From Flavobacteriales bacterium (GTDB lineage: Bacteria; Bacteroidota; Bacteroidia; Flavobacteriales; TMED113), in contig PBGD01000019.1 in the NCBI GenBank assembly GCA_002718895.1, positions 29,826 to 93,825 of the forward strand: a stretch of DNA of 64,000 nucleotides. The letters run 5' to 3'. Positions 1-10,646 of this stretch are shown here, in pieces. Numbering within the stretch: the stretch's first letter is position 1; each line of letters opens with the position of its first letter. Both the position numbers and the translations under genes were made by a program. The notes under the pieces were generated by a model that was not told the origin of the DNA, did not search any database, and saw only the letters and a program-made list of their open reading frames with translations.

Positions 1-1388
1 GTGTAAGGATTCAAATCACCCCAACTTTCCAAATAATTTGATATCGGGCAAACATAGTCACAATAGACAGCTGTTTCATCAAGAGATTCGGAAAAAGAAA
101 TTTTAGTCTCAACATTTTCAAGTAGTTTTACAAATTCCTTTGAGTTCGGTAAAGTATACACAGGATTTGTATTTAAAAACATCAAAGCCCCTACTTGATT
201 GTTTTTAATATCCTCAATTAATGATGTAATATCACTATTTTTAGAAGAATAAACGTTGGAAAGAACAGAAGTGGAAATTGTATTTTCATAATTACCTAAC
301 AATTTATTTATTAAATTAATTATGATTTGCAGATTTGTATTGTCACTACCTGATACAACTAATGAAGCATTTTTACTATTCCAAAGTTGATTAGCTATAT
401 CTTTAATAAGAGCTTTATGTTTAACCTTAGGAACGTTAATTGATTTCCCATTTGCAATTCTCAATAACTCAGCATACAAATTTAAAACATAATTAATTTG
501 CTGGCTATTTTTAATAGGTACTCTTTTATCAGCATTAGCACCTGTTACAGACAACAAACTCTCAAATTGATAATGCCTTGACATTGTACCCTTCTCAGGA
601 TTTCTGTTCTTTGTGTATTGAGGTGCATGAGCTGGATCAATCCAGTCAGATAAAAAATCTGCTCCAAATGACACAATTATTTCAGCTTTATCAAAGCTGT
701 AAGTTGGTAAAAAACGCTTTCCAAAAGTATACTCGTTTGCCGAAAGCATTGAGTCTTTGGAAACTGTATCATAATTTACAATTTGAAATTTTTTGTATTT
801 AGTCTTAAACTCATTTAATAAATTAAGTGTTGAAGGACTAATAATAGTAGGTGTTAATAAAACGATTTTCTTGGAATTAGTATTAAGTAGACTCATTATT
901 TCTAAGTCTAGCTTATCCCATGAGTAATCCGATTTGTTTTTCAGGGGGCCTTTAAGTCTATTTGAGTCGTATAGAGACAAGACTGAAGCTTGACAGCGTG
1001 CATTTACACCTCCGCCATGTTCTGGGGTTTTGTTCGAACTCAATAAAATTGGACGACCTTCACGTGTTTTAACTAATAGACTAGCAAAAACATTTTCTGA
1101 GAAATAACTGCTTGCATAATACAAGGGGTTTCCAGGTGTTATAGATTCAGGTTTATTTAAATATGGTATTGATTTGACAACAGGTGCTTCACAAGAAGCT
1201 AAAGTAGCAGCCAAAGTCCCAAAACCAAGAAACTTTAAAAAATCCCTTCTACTAGTTGAAGAAGCTGAAAGTGTATCAGCATTTTCATACATAGCTTCAA
1301 GAGGAAGTTTTTCATGAAATTCATTAGATCTTTCTACATTAGAAGTTTCATGTCCCAAGCTAGTATAGTATTTTTTCTCTTCTTTCAT
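1..1388 (-). CDS. actB: Alternative complex III subunit ActB (molybdopterin-oxidoreductase-like/Fe-S subunit), N-terminal ~462 aa; the 3' end runs off the window
   Basis: My own translation of the minus strand from the ATG at 1386-1388 stays open to position 1; the ORF track omits it because it is truncated. Starts MKEEKKYYTSLGHE. Has a twin-arginine motif SRRDFLKF (about 1233-1257) followed by LASC. Later has DETAVYCDYVCPISNYLESWGD, typical of MopB-type subunits. Lies 7 nt downstream of the multihaem actA. Confidence 0.8.
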   Translation of the reverse strand, partial: MKEEKKYYTSLGHETSNVERSNEFHEKLPLEAMYENADTLSASSTSRRDFLKFLGFGTLAATLASCEAPVVKSIPYLNKPESITPGNPLYYASSYFSENVFASLLVKTREGRPILLSSNKTPEHGGGVNARCQASVLSLYDSNRLKGPLKNKSDYSWDKLDLEIMSLLNTNSKKIVLLTPTIISPSTLNLLNEFKTKYKKFQIVNYDTVSKDSMLSANEYTFGKRFLPTYSFDKAEIIVSFGADFLSDWIDPAHAPQYTKNRNPEKGTMSRHYQFESLLSVTGANADKRVPIKNSQQINYVLNLYAELLRIANGKSINVPKVKHKALIKDIANQLWNSKNASLVVSGSDNTNLQIIINLINKLLGNYENTISTSVLSNVYSSKNSDITSLIEDIKNNQVGALMFLNTNPVYTLPNSKEFVKLLENVETKISFSESLDETAVYCDYVCPISNYLESWGDLNPY

Positions 1389-1395
1389 AAATTTT

Positions 1396-2646
1396 TTAAT
1401 AATGACATTTTGCACATTCTCTCCCCCCAATCATATCAACAGTAATATCTTCTCCATGATATTTATCAATCCAATTTTCATGTAAATCATGATAATATGG
1501 ATTATCTACATCAACTTCTGTTTCTCTGTGACAATTTATACACCATCCCATGGTTAACTTCGAGTATTGATACACTTCGTCCATTTCATCAATAGAACCA
1601 TGACAAGTTTCACATTCAATTCCTGCTACATTAACATGTTGAGCATGATTAAAGTAGGCTAGATCGGGCAAATTATGGATTCTTACCCACTCAATAGGTT
1701 TTTGTTCATATCCAGGAATATATGATTTAGTATTGGGGTCAAAACCAAGAGCTGCATAAATTTTTTGGATTTCCTTTGTTCCTTCCTCTGTTTGTCCCTC
1801 ATTAATATAAGTGTGACAATTCATGCAAACATTTGCTGATGGTATACCAGAATGTTTACTATCTCTAGCAGAGTGGTGGCAATAATTACAATCAATTCCT
1901 TGCTCTCCGGCGTGAAGCTTGTGTGAAAAAGCAATGGGTTGTTCTGGCTGATAATTTTGCGCTACACCTACTTTAGACAAGGCGTCCCAACCAACTTTTA
2001 TGCCTGAAAAAACAATTAAAATGGATGCAAATACAATAAATGAAGGATTACTTCTTAACCAAATTAAACAACTTTGTAAAACACTTACATTTTCTTCACC
2101 AGAAGCGGTCTTTAATGTGTTTTTAACATAGCCCAATATAATTATATTGATTATAATCAAACAAATAACAATATATAACAAAGTGTTACTGTTAGTAGAG
2201 TCACCTTCTGCAACTACTGAAACTTCATTAACAATTTCTGCTATTTCCGAAGGACCTTCCTTAATGTATGCTAAAATATTATCAATATCATCATCCGAGA
2301 AGTATGGGAATGCTGTCATTACAGATTTGTTATACTCCTCATAAATTTCAATTGCTTGTTTATCTCCACTTTCAATAAGTTCGGAAGAATTTCTAATCCA
2401 TTTATATAACCAATCTAATGAATACTCTTCAAAAATTTCATCGTTAAGACCTGGACCAATTAGTTTTTTTTCTTCGGGACCTAAATAATGACAAGAGGCA
2501 CAATTACTTTTGAACAAGGACTCTCCCATTGCAACATCTTGAGAAAAAGATGGGTTTAGATTCAATAAAAAGGCAACCACCAGAACAAGGCACCTAAGTG
2601 AATAAAGAAATGATGAGATAATGTGTTTCATTACTACAAAAAACAA
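1396..2646 (-). CDS. actA: Alternative complex III multihaem cytochrome c subunit ActA with an extra N-terminal monohaem cytochrome c domain
   Basis: 416 aa with six CxxCH motifs: CASCH, CNYCH, CMNCH, CETCH, CINCH, CAKCH. Signal-like N-terminus, two hydrophobic segments between the first and second haem motifs, and actB immediately downstream. An alternative start at M6 (2631) is possible. Confidence 0.85.
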   Translation of the reverse strand: MFFVVMKHIISSFLYSLRCLVLVVAFLLNLNPSFSQDVAMGESLFKSNCASCHYLGPEEKKLIGPGLNDEIFEEYSLDWLYKWIRNSSELIESGDKQAIEIYEEYNKSVMTAFPYFSDDDIDNILAYIKEGPSEIAEIVNEVSVVAEGDSTNSNTLLYIVICLIIINIIILGYVKNTLKTASGEENVSVLQSCLIWLRSNPSFIVFASILIVFSGIKVGWDALSKVGVAQNYQPEQPIAFSHKLHAGEQGIDCNYCHHSARDSKHSGIPSANVCMNCHTYINEGQTEEGTKEIQKIYAALGFDPNTKSYIPGYEQKPIEWVRIHNLPDLAYFNHAQHVNVAGIECETCHGSIDEMDEVYQYSKLTMGWCINCHRETEVDVDNPYYHDLHENWIDKYHGEDITVDMIGGRECAKCHY

Positions 2647-2665
2647 TTATATATTCTTGGTGAAA

Positions 2666-2673
2666 CAAATATA
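2666..2673 (-). promoter_or_regulatory. Candidate Bacteroidetes -7 box (TATATTTG on the minus strand) for the actAB operon
   Basis: Plus strand caaatata is the reverse complement of TAnnTTTG, about 20 nt upstream of the actA ATG. I found no well-spaced -33 TTG. Confidence 0.3.
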
Positions 2674-2840
2674 TAATATATTATATTACGACTTGAGGTT
2701 TTAGTTGAATTATTTACTGCAAAATAGCTAATTTAGAATGCTTCAAAATAAGGCGGCTTAAAAAGTGCTTGATTATTATAGTTTTTGTCTGGAAAATGAA
2801 AAAATAATTATAATTTTATTTATATTAATCACTCAATACC

Positions 2841-3245
2841 ATGATAAAGAAAATACAAATTATTATCATTTTATTATCTGCACAATTTGTAAGCTCCCAA
2901 GATTCAATTAAAATTAATTATTCAGATACAACTTTAAATAAGTTGATACAGAAATATCAAAAACTAAATCATTATAAAAAAATACTTGTATATAGAATTC
3001 AGGTAGAGTCAAGTCACAATCCTGAAAAAATTAAAGATTGCAAAAAGAAATATGAGAGAAAATTTCCAGCTGAAAAAGTAGAGGAAGTCTTTGAACCACC
3101 ATTTTTTAAAGCAATCACGGGAGTTTTTTATGATAAAAAAAAAGCAGAGGAAAAACTTCTAGAAGTGAAAAAAATATTTAGAAATTCTTTTATATACCAA
3201 GATGAAATTACAATGGAAGTGTTTAAAGAAAATAAACTAAACTAA
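2841..3245 (+). CDS. Small secreted SPOR-like domain protein
   Basis: 134 aa with signal peptide [20 protein letters not shown]. The segment [26 protein letters not shown]...[19 protein letters not shown] resembles a SPOR peptidoglycan-binding repeat. Confidence 0.55.
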   Translation: MIKKIQIIIILLSAQFVSSQDSIKINYSDTTLNKLIQKYQKLNHYKKILVYRIQVESSHNPEKIKDCKKKYERKFPAEKVEEVFEPPFFKAITGVFYDKKKAEEKLLEVKKIFRNSFIYQDEITMEVFKENKLN

Positions 3246-5857
3246 TTAGCAGTTTCTTCAAAAACTTCAACAAGATCTCCGACCTTAATATCATTAAAAT
3301 TCTTAATTGTCAAGCCACATTCGTACCCCTTTTGAACCTCTTTCACATCCTCCTTAAACCTTTTTAAAGTATCAAGCACCCCAGTATACACAACAATTCC
3401 ATTTCTAATCAACCTAACTTTTGAATTTCTTATAACACTACCATCTAGCACATAGCATCCCGCAACAATACCAGCTTTTGTTAATTTAAAAACATTTCTA
3501 ATTTCAATATTTCCAAGTATTTTTTCAATCATTTGAGGTTCATGCATACCCTCAATAGCATCTTTTATTGAATTAATCGTGTCGTAAATAATTGAATACA
3601 AACGAATATCAATACTTTCTTTTTCAGCTAATTTTCTAGCAGCCATAGAAGGTCTAACTTGAAAACCTATAATTATTGCATCGGAGGCAGAAGCAAGTAA
3701 AACATCTGATTCTGTAATTTGACCCACAGCTTTATGAATTACATTGATTTGAATTGTGTCAGTAGATAATTTTAGCAAGGAGTCTGATAAAGCTTCAATA
3801 GACCCATCTACATCACCTTTTAAAATAATATTAAGCTCTTTAAAATCGCCAATAGCTAATCTACGTCCAATCTCATCTAAAGTAATATGTTTATGAGTTC
3901 TAACACTTTGTTCTCGTTGCAACTGATCTCGTTTTGCAGCAATTGTCTTCGCTTCTTTTTCATCCTTTCTTATATAAAACACGTCACCTGCTTGAGGAGC
4001 ACCATTTAAACCTAAAAGAGTAACAGGGCTAGCGGGTTTTATATTATTTACTTTCTGATCACGTTCATTAAATAATGCTTTAACCTTACCAGTAAATCTT
4101 CCAGCTAACATAAAATCACCAATTTTTAAAGTACCTTCTTGGACAAGAACTGTTGTAACATATCCTTTACCCTTGTCCAATGATGCCTCAAGCACAGTTC
4201 CTTTTGCATTTTTGCTTGGATTCGCTTTCAAGTCTAACAATTCTGACTCAAGCAAAACCTTTTCTAATAATTCTTTAATACCTAAGCCTGTTTTTGCAGA
4301 GACTTCTTGACTTTGAAACTTACCCCCCCAATCTTCTACTAACATATTCATTTGAGATAATTGTTCTTTAATTTTATCAGGATTAGCACCATCTTTATCC
4401 ATTTTATTAAATGCAAAAATGATAGGAACATCTGCCGCTTGAGCATGAGATATTGCCTCTTTAGTTTGCGGCATAACATCATCATCAACCGCAATAACAA
4501 TGATAACTACATCAGTAACTTGAGCACCTCTAGCACGCATAGCAGTAAATGCCTCATGGCCTGGTGTGTCGATAAAAGTAATAGATTTATGATCACTTAA
4601 TAGAACTTCATATGCAGCAATATGTTGAGTAATGCCTCCCGCTTCACCAGCAATTACATTTGTTTTTCTGATGTAATCTAACAATGAAGTTTTACCGTGA
4701 TCTACATGACCCATAATTGTTACAATAGGTGATCGTGGACTTTGAAGTTCATCTAACTCTGACTCTTCTTCAGTTATAAACTCTTCTAATTCTGAACTAA
4801 CAAACTCTACTTGAAATTTAAATTCATCTGCTACAATACTTATTGTTTCTGCATCCAATCGCTGGTTCATAGTCACCATAATCCCTAACTGCATACAGCT
4901 AGAAATGACTTCATTTACACTAACATTCATCATGTTAGCAAATTCACTAACTGTAACAAACTCTGTAACTTTTATTACTGCAGAGGCCTCTTGTTGTTTG
5001 AGTTGGTCTTCTTTTGCCTTTTCTTTTCTTTCTTGTCTTTTTTCTCTTCTAATTTTAGCGCTTTTAGATTTTCCTTTGGAAGTAAGCTGCTCTAATGTCT
5101 GGGCTATTTTATCCTTAACGTCTTGATCATTAGGTAATGATTTATCGGGTTTTTTTAACTTTTTAACTTCACCAGTAATTCTTTTTCTTTTCTTTTTTGT
5201 CGCGACATGGGTTGAAGAAGCGACTTTCTGTTTAGATTTTTTTTCTGGTAAATTTATTGTACCTAATTTCTTTAATTTAATTGCGGGACTTTTAATGAAC
5301 GACTCGTCTTTTTTAATGCTTTTTTCTGAGACATCAGATGTTCCATTATCAACTTTTTGCTGACCCAAATTCTGGATGTTTTTTTCTTTTTCTAATTCAT
5401 CTGATTTGTTTGATAACGAAATCTCATCTGTAATTTCAAGATCTTCTTTTATATGAATTTGGTGATTATCATCTTTTTTGTTTTCATTTTTTAACTCACT
5501 AGTAAGTGTTTCTCCAATATTTTGCTTAACTATCTCAGTTTTATCTTTATCTTCATCTTTAGAAATAGGATTTGAATCTTTTAAATCAGTCTCATCAATA
5601 TTAAAAGTATTATTGGATAAATCAGTGTTTTGATTTTCAACTAAAGCTTCTTTCTTTTGTCGTTTTGATTCTAAAAAATCGACAGACTGTTGTTTCTGAT
5701 TAATGTCAGATTTGAATTCTTTAAGAAGTAAAGAATATAATTCTTCGCTAATTTTAGTGTTTGGAGACACAATAATATCATGACCATTTGTAACTAGAAA
5801 CTCTCCAATTCTTTGAATGGTTATATTTAATTCTTTAGCGGCCTTACTTAATCTCAT
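3242..5857 (-). CDS. infB: Translation initiation factor IF-2
   Basis: 871 aa. G-domain motifs [20 protein letters not shown] and NKMDK; Lys/Glu-rich N-terminal region; follows nusA after an 8-nt gap. Confidence 0.97.
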   Translation of the reverse strand: MRLSKAAKELNITIQRIGEFLVTNGHDIIVSPNTKISEELYSLLLKEFKSDINQKQQSVDFLESKRQKKEALVENQNTDLSNNTFNIDETDLKDSNPISKDEDKDKTEIVKQNIGETLTSELKNENKKDDNHQIHIKEDLEITDEISLSNKSDELEKEKNIQNLGQQKVDNGTSDVSEKSIKKDESFIKSPAIKLKKLGTINLPEKKSKQKVASSTHVATKKKRKRITGEVKKLKKPDKSLPNDQDVKDKIAQTLEQLTSKGKSKSAKIRREKRQERKEKAKEDQLKQQEASAVIKVTEFVTVSEFANMMNVSVNEVISSCMQLGIMVTMNQRLDAETISIVADEFKFQVEFVSSELEEFITEEESELDELQSPRSPIVTIMGHVDHGKTSLLDYIRKTNVIAGEAGGITQHIAAYEVLLSDHKSITFIDTPGHEAFTAMRARGAQVTDVVIIVIAVDDDVMPQTKEAISHAQAADVPIIFAFNKMDKDGANPDKIKEQLSQMNMLVEDWGGKFQSQEVSAKTGLGIKELLEKVLLESELLDLKANPSKNAKGTVLEASLDKGKGYVTTVLVQEGTLKIGDFMLAGRFTGKVKALFNERDQKVNNIKPASPVTLLGLNGAPQAGDVFYIRKDEKEAKTIAAKRDQLQREQSVRTHKHITLDEIGRRLAIGDFKELNIILKGDVDGSIEALSDSLLKLSTDTIQINVIHKAVGQITESDVLLASASDAIIIGFQVRPSMAARKLAEKESIDIRLYSIIYDTINSIKDAIEGMHEPQMIEKILGNIEIRNVFKLTKAGIVAGCYVLDGSVIRNSKVRLIRNGIVVYTGVLDTLKRFKEDVKEVQKGYECGLTIKNFNDIKVGDLVEVFEETAN

Positions 5858-5865
5858 AAATATTT

Positions 5866-7101
5866 TTATTCTTCAAATTCAAGTCTTAAAATATTTTGAA
5901 CTTCTGATATAGTTTCCTCTTCTAAATCAGTTCTTCTACTCAATTCTTCTACACCTAATTCCAAAACAGATTTCGCTGTATCACATCCAATGGACTTAAA
6001 CACATCAATAATCCATTGATCAATTTCATCAGCAAATTCCGACAAAGCAACATCTTCATCTTCGTCAATATCTCTATAAACATCAATTTCATATCCTGTT
6101 AATTGACCCGCTAATCTAATATTGAACCCCCCTTTACCTATGGCTAAAGATACTTGATCTGGTTTTAAATAAACATCAACTTTATTGGTCTCTTCATTTA
6201 TATTAATACTTGTAATTTTTGCAGGACTTAAAGATCTTGATATAAATAACTTTAAATTATCTGTATAATTAATAACATCAATATTCTCATTTCCTAATTC
6301 CCTTACAATAGAGTGTATTCTAGATCCCTTCATACCAACACACGCTCCAACAGGATCTATTCTTTCATCATAGGATTCAACAGAAACTTTTGCCTTTTCA
6401 CCAGGAACTCTTTTAACGTCTTTTACAACAATCAATCCATCTGCAATTTCGGGAATCTCTAACTCAAATAATCTTTCAAGAAAAGCAGGAGAAGTTCTTG
6501 AAATAACAATTCTAGGTTTCCCTTTATTAAATAAAACATCTTTGATAACTGCACGAACTGTATCACCTTTTCTAAAAAAATCAGACGGAATTTGCTCATC
6601 CCTAGGTAAAATTAACTCAGTATCATTCTCGTCAATTAAGATAATCTCACGATGTCGTATGTGATGAACATCCCCTGAAATAATCTCATTTACTCTGTCC
6701 TTATATGATTTATGTATTATATCATAATCATGCTCTAGGACCTTTGAAATTAAATTTTGCTTTAATGTTTGAATCGCTCGTCTTCCAAAATCAACAATTT
6801 TTTTTTCAATTGCTACTTCGTCTCCAATTTCAAAATCATCTTCGATTTTGAGAGCGTCAGAAAGGGAAATTTCAGAATTTATATCAACAACCTTCTCATC
6901 TTCAACAACGATCTTATTATGAAAAATTTGTAGATCTCCTTTATTTGCATTTACGACAATATCAAAATTTTCATCTGAACCATACTGCTTTATTAAAAGA
7001 GCACGAAAAGATTGCTCTAAAAGTCCCATTAATGTTATTCTGTCAATATTCTTGTCATCTTTAAATTCAATAAATGAATCAATTATAGCTGATGTATCCA
7101 T
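5866..7101 (-). CDS. nusA: Transcription termination/antitermination factor NusA
   Basis: 411 aa with S1/KH architecture, e.g. [26 protein letters not shown]. Shows the conserved nusA-infB pairing. Confidence 0.95.
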   Translation of the reverse strand: MDTSAIIDSFIEFKDDKNIDRITLMGLLEQSFRALLIKQYGSDENFDIVVNANKGDLQIFHNKIVVEDEKVVDINSEISLSDALKIEDDFEIGDEVAIEKKIVDFGRRAIQTLKQNLISKVLEHDYDIIHKSYKDRVNEIISGDVHHIRHREIILIDENDTELILPRDEQIPSDFFRKGDTVRAVIKDVLFNKGKPRIVISRTSPAFLERLFELEIPEIADGLIVVKDVKRVPGEKAKVSVESYDERIDPVGACVGMKGSRIHSIVRELGNENIDVINYTDNLKLFISRSLSPAKITSININEETNKVDVYLKPDQVSLAIGKGGFNIRLAGQLTGYEIDVYRDIDEDEDVALSEFADEIDQWIIDVFKSIGCDTAKSVLELGVEELSRRTDLEEETISEVQNILRLEFEE

Positions 7102-7113
7102 ATCTTTTTTTTT

Positions 7114-7141
7114 ATAAAAAATAAAGGGCCTAAAGCCCCTT
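7114..7141 (-). terminator. Weak hairpin plus interrupted U-tract (intrinsic-terminator-like) between tRNA-Gln and the nusA start
   Basis: The minus-strand RNA reads AAGGGGC-UUUAG-GCCCUU followed by UAUUUUUUAU. The stem is about 6 bp (4 G-C pairs) with one bulged G. The U-tract ends about 12 nt before the nusA AUG (7099-7101). Confidence 0.45.
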
Positions 7142-7171
7142 AAACATTTATTACAATACGTTAAAGTAATG

Positions 7172-7179
7172 CAAATTTA
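7172..7179 (-). promoter_or_regulatory. Perfect -7 box TAAATTTG (minus strand) inside the tRNA-Gln/nusA spacer; possible internal nusA promoter
   Basis: Plus strand caaattta is the reverse complement of TAnnTTTG. There is no correctly spaced -33 TTG (spacers of 12 or 34 nt). It is flanked by the 8-nt direct repeat TAATGCAA at 7167-7174 and 7187-7194. Confidence 0.3.
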
Positions 7180-7230
7180 TAAAAAATAATGCAATCCTGT
7201 AGCTTAAATAAAACAAAAGATTGATCGTAG

Positions 7231-7303
7231 TTGTCCGACTAGGGCTCGAACCTAGACTCTTCTGGACCAAAACCAGACGTGTTGCCAGTTACACCATCGG
7301 ACA
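7231..7303 (-). tRNA. tRNA-Gln (anticodon UUG)
   Basis: Hand-folded cloverleaf: TGTCCGA-TG-GTGT-AACTGGCA-ACAC-G-TCTGG-TTTTGGT-CCAGA-AGAGT-CTAGG-TTCGAGC-CCTAG-TCGGACA-A. Has a U1:A72 pair and no encoded CCA. Confidence 0.9.
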
Positions 7304-7319
7304 ATAAATTTTAAAAAGG

Positions 7320-7350
7320 CTAAATTAAATATTATCAATTAACATACAAA
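7320..7350 (-). promoter_or_regulatory. Bacteroidetes-type promoter TTTG-N19-TAATTTAG upstream of tRNA-Gln (and possibly of nusA-infB)
   Basis: The minus strand reads TTTG (7347-7350), a 19-nt spacer, then TAATTTAG (7320-7327), with 16 nt to the mature tRNA 5' end. The spacing matches the TTTG-N19-21-TAnnTTTG consensus with one mismatch in the -7 box. Confidence 0.45.
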
Positions 7351-7467
7351 AAATTATAAATCAAAATGAAAATAAACTCTCATTAAGAGTTATAATTAGT
7401 AATCCGATTTTATATGTATTTTTACAAAAAAAAGCTTAATGATTAACCGAAAATAATTATCAATACT

Positions 7468-10400
7468 ATGAGAAATTTTTTTGAAAAAATAACTCCGTGG
7501 ATTGTTTTTTTAACAGCTCTTATAACCTATTCATTAACAATGGAACCAACTAATAGTTGGTGGGACTGTGGTGAATATATTGCCACTGCGTACAAGCTAC
7601 AAGTTGGTCATCCGCCAGGCGCACCTTTGTTCCTGTTGGTTGCTAATTTATTTTCTCAACTTGCATTTGGCAATGTTGAAAAGGTTGCGCTAATGATCAA
7701 CTTCATGTCTGTTGTTTGTAGTGCATTTACAATTTTATTTTTGTTTTGGACCATTAAGATATTATCGAAAAAAATTGTTCAAAATCAACACATTACAAGT
7801 TTATCAGCAGCAGTAGGTAGTTTAATTTATACTTTTTCAGATTCCTTTTGGTTTTCTGCAGTTGAAGGCGAAGTATACGCAATGTCTTCATTATTTACTG
7901 CTGTAGTTTTTTGGGCAATTATTAGATGGGAACAGGAAGTTGGAAAGAATCAAAAAGCAGATAAATGGCTGATTTTTATTGCCTATTTAATCGGATTATC
8001 CATTGGCGTGCATATGTTAAGTCTATTAGTAATTCCTGCAATAACATTAATTTATTATTTCAAAAAATATGATTTTTCAATTAAAGGTTTCATAGTTGCT
8101 AACTTTGCCTCTGTTGTTTTACTAGGATTAATTTATAATATAATTATTCCTCAATTTGTGAATTTAGCTGGAAAGTCCGAAATATTCTTTGTGAACAATT
8201 TATCTTTTCCATTTAATTCTGGAACAATATTTTTTTTCTTAACAACCTTTATTACAATAATCTCATTATTGATGTGGACTAAAAAAAATAACTTACAAAA
8301 TGCTAACACATCAATACTAGGTTTTACTTTTTTATTAATTGGATACATGTCTTTTTTCACGCTGATCATTCGATCTAATGCAAACACTCCAATCGATGAG
8401 AACAGTCCAGAAGATGCCGTAAGTTTACTATCGTACTTGAATAGAGAACAATATGGATATTCACCTCTATTATTTGGTCAATACTTCAATACAGAAGTAG
8501 AAAATTATGGAGATGGGAATCCTGTTTATGTACCAAAGTATATTGTGCAAGAAATAAAACAGATTGATTCTAAAGTTAATAAAAAACAAATAGGTATATT
8601 TTATCAGGAAGAGTTGTCAAATTTTAAGGATACAATTGTAGTAAAAGATAAAATTAAAGAAGTTGTTTCCTATGAATTCAAAGATCATTATGCAATTTCT
8701 GATGATAGAAAAAGTTCCGTTCCCGAGTATAAACAAAATCAAAGTGGATTTTTCCCTAGAATGTGGAGTAGAGACCAAAGGCATATTGAAGCTTATAAAG
8801 ATTGGGCCAAGATCAATAACCTTAACAAACAGCCTAATTTTATTCAAAACATGAGATTCTTTTTTAACTATCAAATTAACCACATGTATATAAGATATTT
8901 TATGTGGAATTTTGCTGGTAAACAAAACGATAAACAAGGACATGGAGAACTCAATAATGGAAATTGGATAAGCGGAATAAATTTAATAGACAATCTTAGA
9001 CTAGGTCCTCAAACAAATATTCCTGATCACATCAAAAACAATGCGGGAAGGAATAAGTACTATTTTTTACCACTTATTTTGGGTTTTTTAGGATTAGTCT
9101 TTCATATCAAAAACAATCCAAAAGATACTTGGTCAGTTTTCTTATTATTCATTTTTACAGGATTAGCAATTGTAATTGAACTTAACCAAACACCATTTCA
9201 ACCTCGTGAGAGAGACTATGCATATGTTGGTTCGTTTTATGCATTTTCCATTTGGGCTGGCATGGGCGTTTTAAGTATTTATAATACTTTAAAGGAACGG
9301 GGACTCAATAATAAAAAACTTTTAATGACAATATGTTCTATAACATTATTTGTTCCCCTTCTTATGGCTAATCAAGGTTGGGATGATCACGACAGATCTA
9401 ACAGGTTTACTGCTAGAGAGTTTGCGAAAAATTATCTAAAATCCTGTGAACCTAATGCAATACTTTTCACTATGGGTGATAATGACACGTTTCCATTGTG
9501 GTATGTGCAAGAAGTTGAGGGATATCGTACAGATGTGAGAATTGTAAATTTAAGTCTTTTAAATACTGATTGGTATATTGATCAAATGAAAAGAGACGCA
9601 TACGACGGTAAAGCAGTACCATTTAGTTTAAATAAAAATAAGTATAAACAAGGCACAAGAGATGTTGCAATTTATTTAGAAAAAGGGGAAGCGAGTCAAA
9701 AAAGACTTGAATTAACTGACTTTAATAAATGGATTAAAAGTGATAGAAAAGAAACAAAAATTGATTTTGGGAAAGATTACGACTATTACTATACAAAAAA
9801 AATTCGCATACCTGTTAACAAAGAAAATATCAAGCACTATAAATTTCAAAACGATAGCATTTTAGACTATTTAGATATAGAATTAAAGACAAGTCAATTA
9901 GAGAAAAAAGATATTATGATTTTAGATCTTTTAGAAAATAATGATTGGGAAAGACCAATTTATTTTGCTATAACAATTGGTAGCTCAGGACGACAATTTC
10001 TTTATCTAGAAAAATATTTTCGATTAGATGGAATGGTTTATAAATTAATGCCTATTGACTACTCAAATTCTTCTGAAGAAATAGGTGGAATTAACACGGA
10101 TATTTTATATCCTATTTTAATAGACGATGAACCATGTTCAGAACAATTAAGAATCCCAAAAAATTCTACTAACAGCTGTAATTATGCTTGGGGAAATTTA
10201 AATTCTAATATTTATTTAGATGAAACTAATATCAGAATGACTATGAACTTTAGAAATAACTTTAGCCGATTAGCACAAGAATTAATCAAAGAAAATAAGT
10301 TTAAAAAGGCTGAAAATGTTTTAGATTATTGTATGAAAACAATGCCTCCAAACAAAGTTCCTTTAAATTATTTTATTCATCCGATTATTGAAAGCTACTA

Positions 10401-10644
10401 CCAGTTAAATGCGAATGAAAAGGCTAATAATCTGACCTCTAAATTAGCTAATAAATACACATCTGAATTAGAATACTATTTTAGTTTTCCTACTAGAAAA
10501 ATTAATGGAGTACAATTAGAGATTTTGAAAAATTTGCAATTTTTTAATCAACTTGTAGAAATAGCTCAAAAAAACAAGCATGAAGACAACAACTTAATGC
10601 AACAAGATTTTGAGAAATATTATAGAAAGTTCCTAGTTTTATAA
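7468..10644 (+). CDS. DUF2723 family polytopic membrane protein (putative glycosyltransferase, PMT/TMEM260-like) with TPR-like C-terminus
   Basis: 1058 aa. N-terminal signature WWDCGEYIATAYKLQVGHPPGAPLF and many TM helices in the first ~640 aa. Confidence 0.8.
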   Translation: MRNFFEKITPWIVFLTALITYSLTMEPTNSWWDCGEYIATAYKLQVGHPPGAPLFLLVANLFSQLAFGNVEKVALMINFMSVVCSAFTILFLFWTIKILSKKIVQNQHITSLSAAVGSLIYTFSDSFWFSAVEGEVYAMSSLFTAVVFWAIIRWEQEVGKNQKADKWLIFIAYLIGLSIGVHMLSLLVIPAITLIYYFKKYDFSIKGFIVANFASVVLLGLIYNIIIPQFVNLAGKSEIFFVNNLSFPFNSGTIFFFLTTFITIISLLMWTKKNNLQNANTSILGFTFLLIGYMSFFTLIIRSNANTPIDENSPEDAVSLLSYLNREQYGYSPLLFGQYFNTEVENYGDGNPVYVPKYIVQEIKQIDSKVNKKQIGIFYQEELSNFKDTIVVKDKIKEVVSYEFKDHYAISDDRKSSVPEYKQNQSGFFPRMWSRDQRHIEAYKDWAKINNLNKQPNFIQNMRFFFNYQINHMYIRYFMWNFAGKQNDKQGHGELNNGNWISGINLIDNLRLGPQTNIPDHIKNNAGRNKYYFLPLILGFLGLVFHIKNNPKDTWSVFLLFIFTGLAIVIELNQTPFQPRERDYAYVGSFYAFSIWAGMGVLSIYNTLKERGLNNKKLLMTICSITLFVPLLMANQGWDDHDRSNRFTAREFAKNYLKSCEPNAILFTMGDNDTFPLWYVQEVEGYRTDVRIVNLSLLNTDWYIDQMKRDAYDGKAVPFSLNKNKYKQGTRDVAIYLEKGEASQKRLELTDFNKWIKSDRKETKIDFGKDYDYYYTKKIRIPVNKENIKHYKFQNDSILDYLDIELKTSQLEKKDIMILDLLENNDWERPIYFAITIGSSGRQFLYLEKYFRLDGMVYKLMPIDYSNSSEEIGGINTDILYPILIDDEPCSEQLRIPKNSTNSCNYAWGNLNSNIYLDETNIRMTMNFRNNFSRLAQELIKENKFKKAENVLDYCMKTMPPNKVPLNYFIHPIIESYYQLNANEKANNLTSKLANKYTSELEYYFSFPTRKINGVQLEILKNLQFFNQLVEIAQKNKHEDNNLMQQDFEKYYRKFLVL

Positions 10645-10646
10645 AG

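Noticed and set aside
578-802. A 74-aa plus-strand ORF with a TTG start.
   Set aside because: It lies inside the open minus-strand actB reading frame, whose translation shows a Tat signal and MopB-like motifs.
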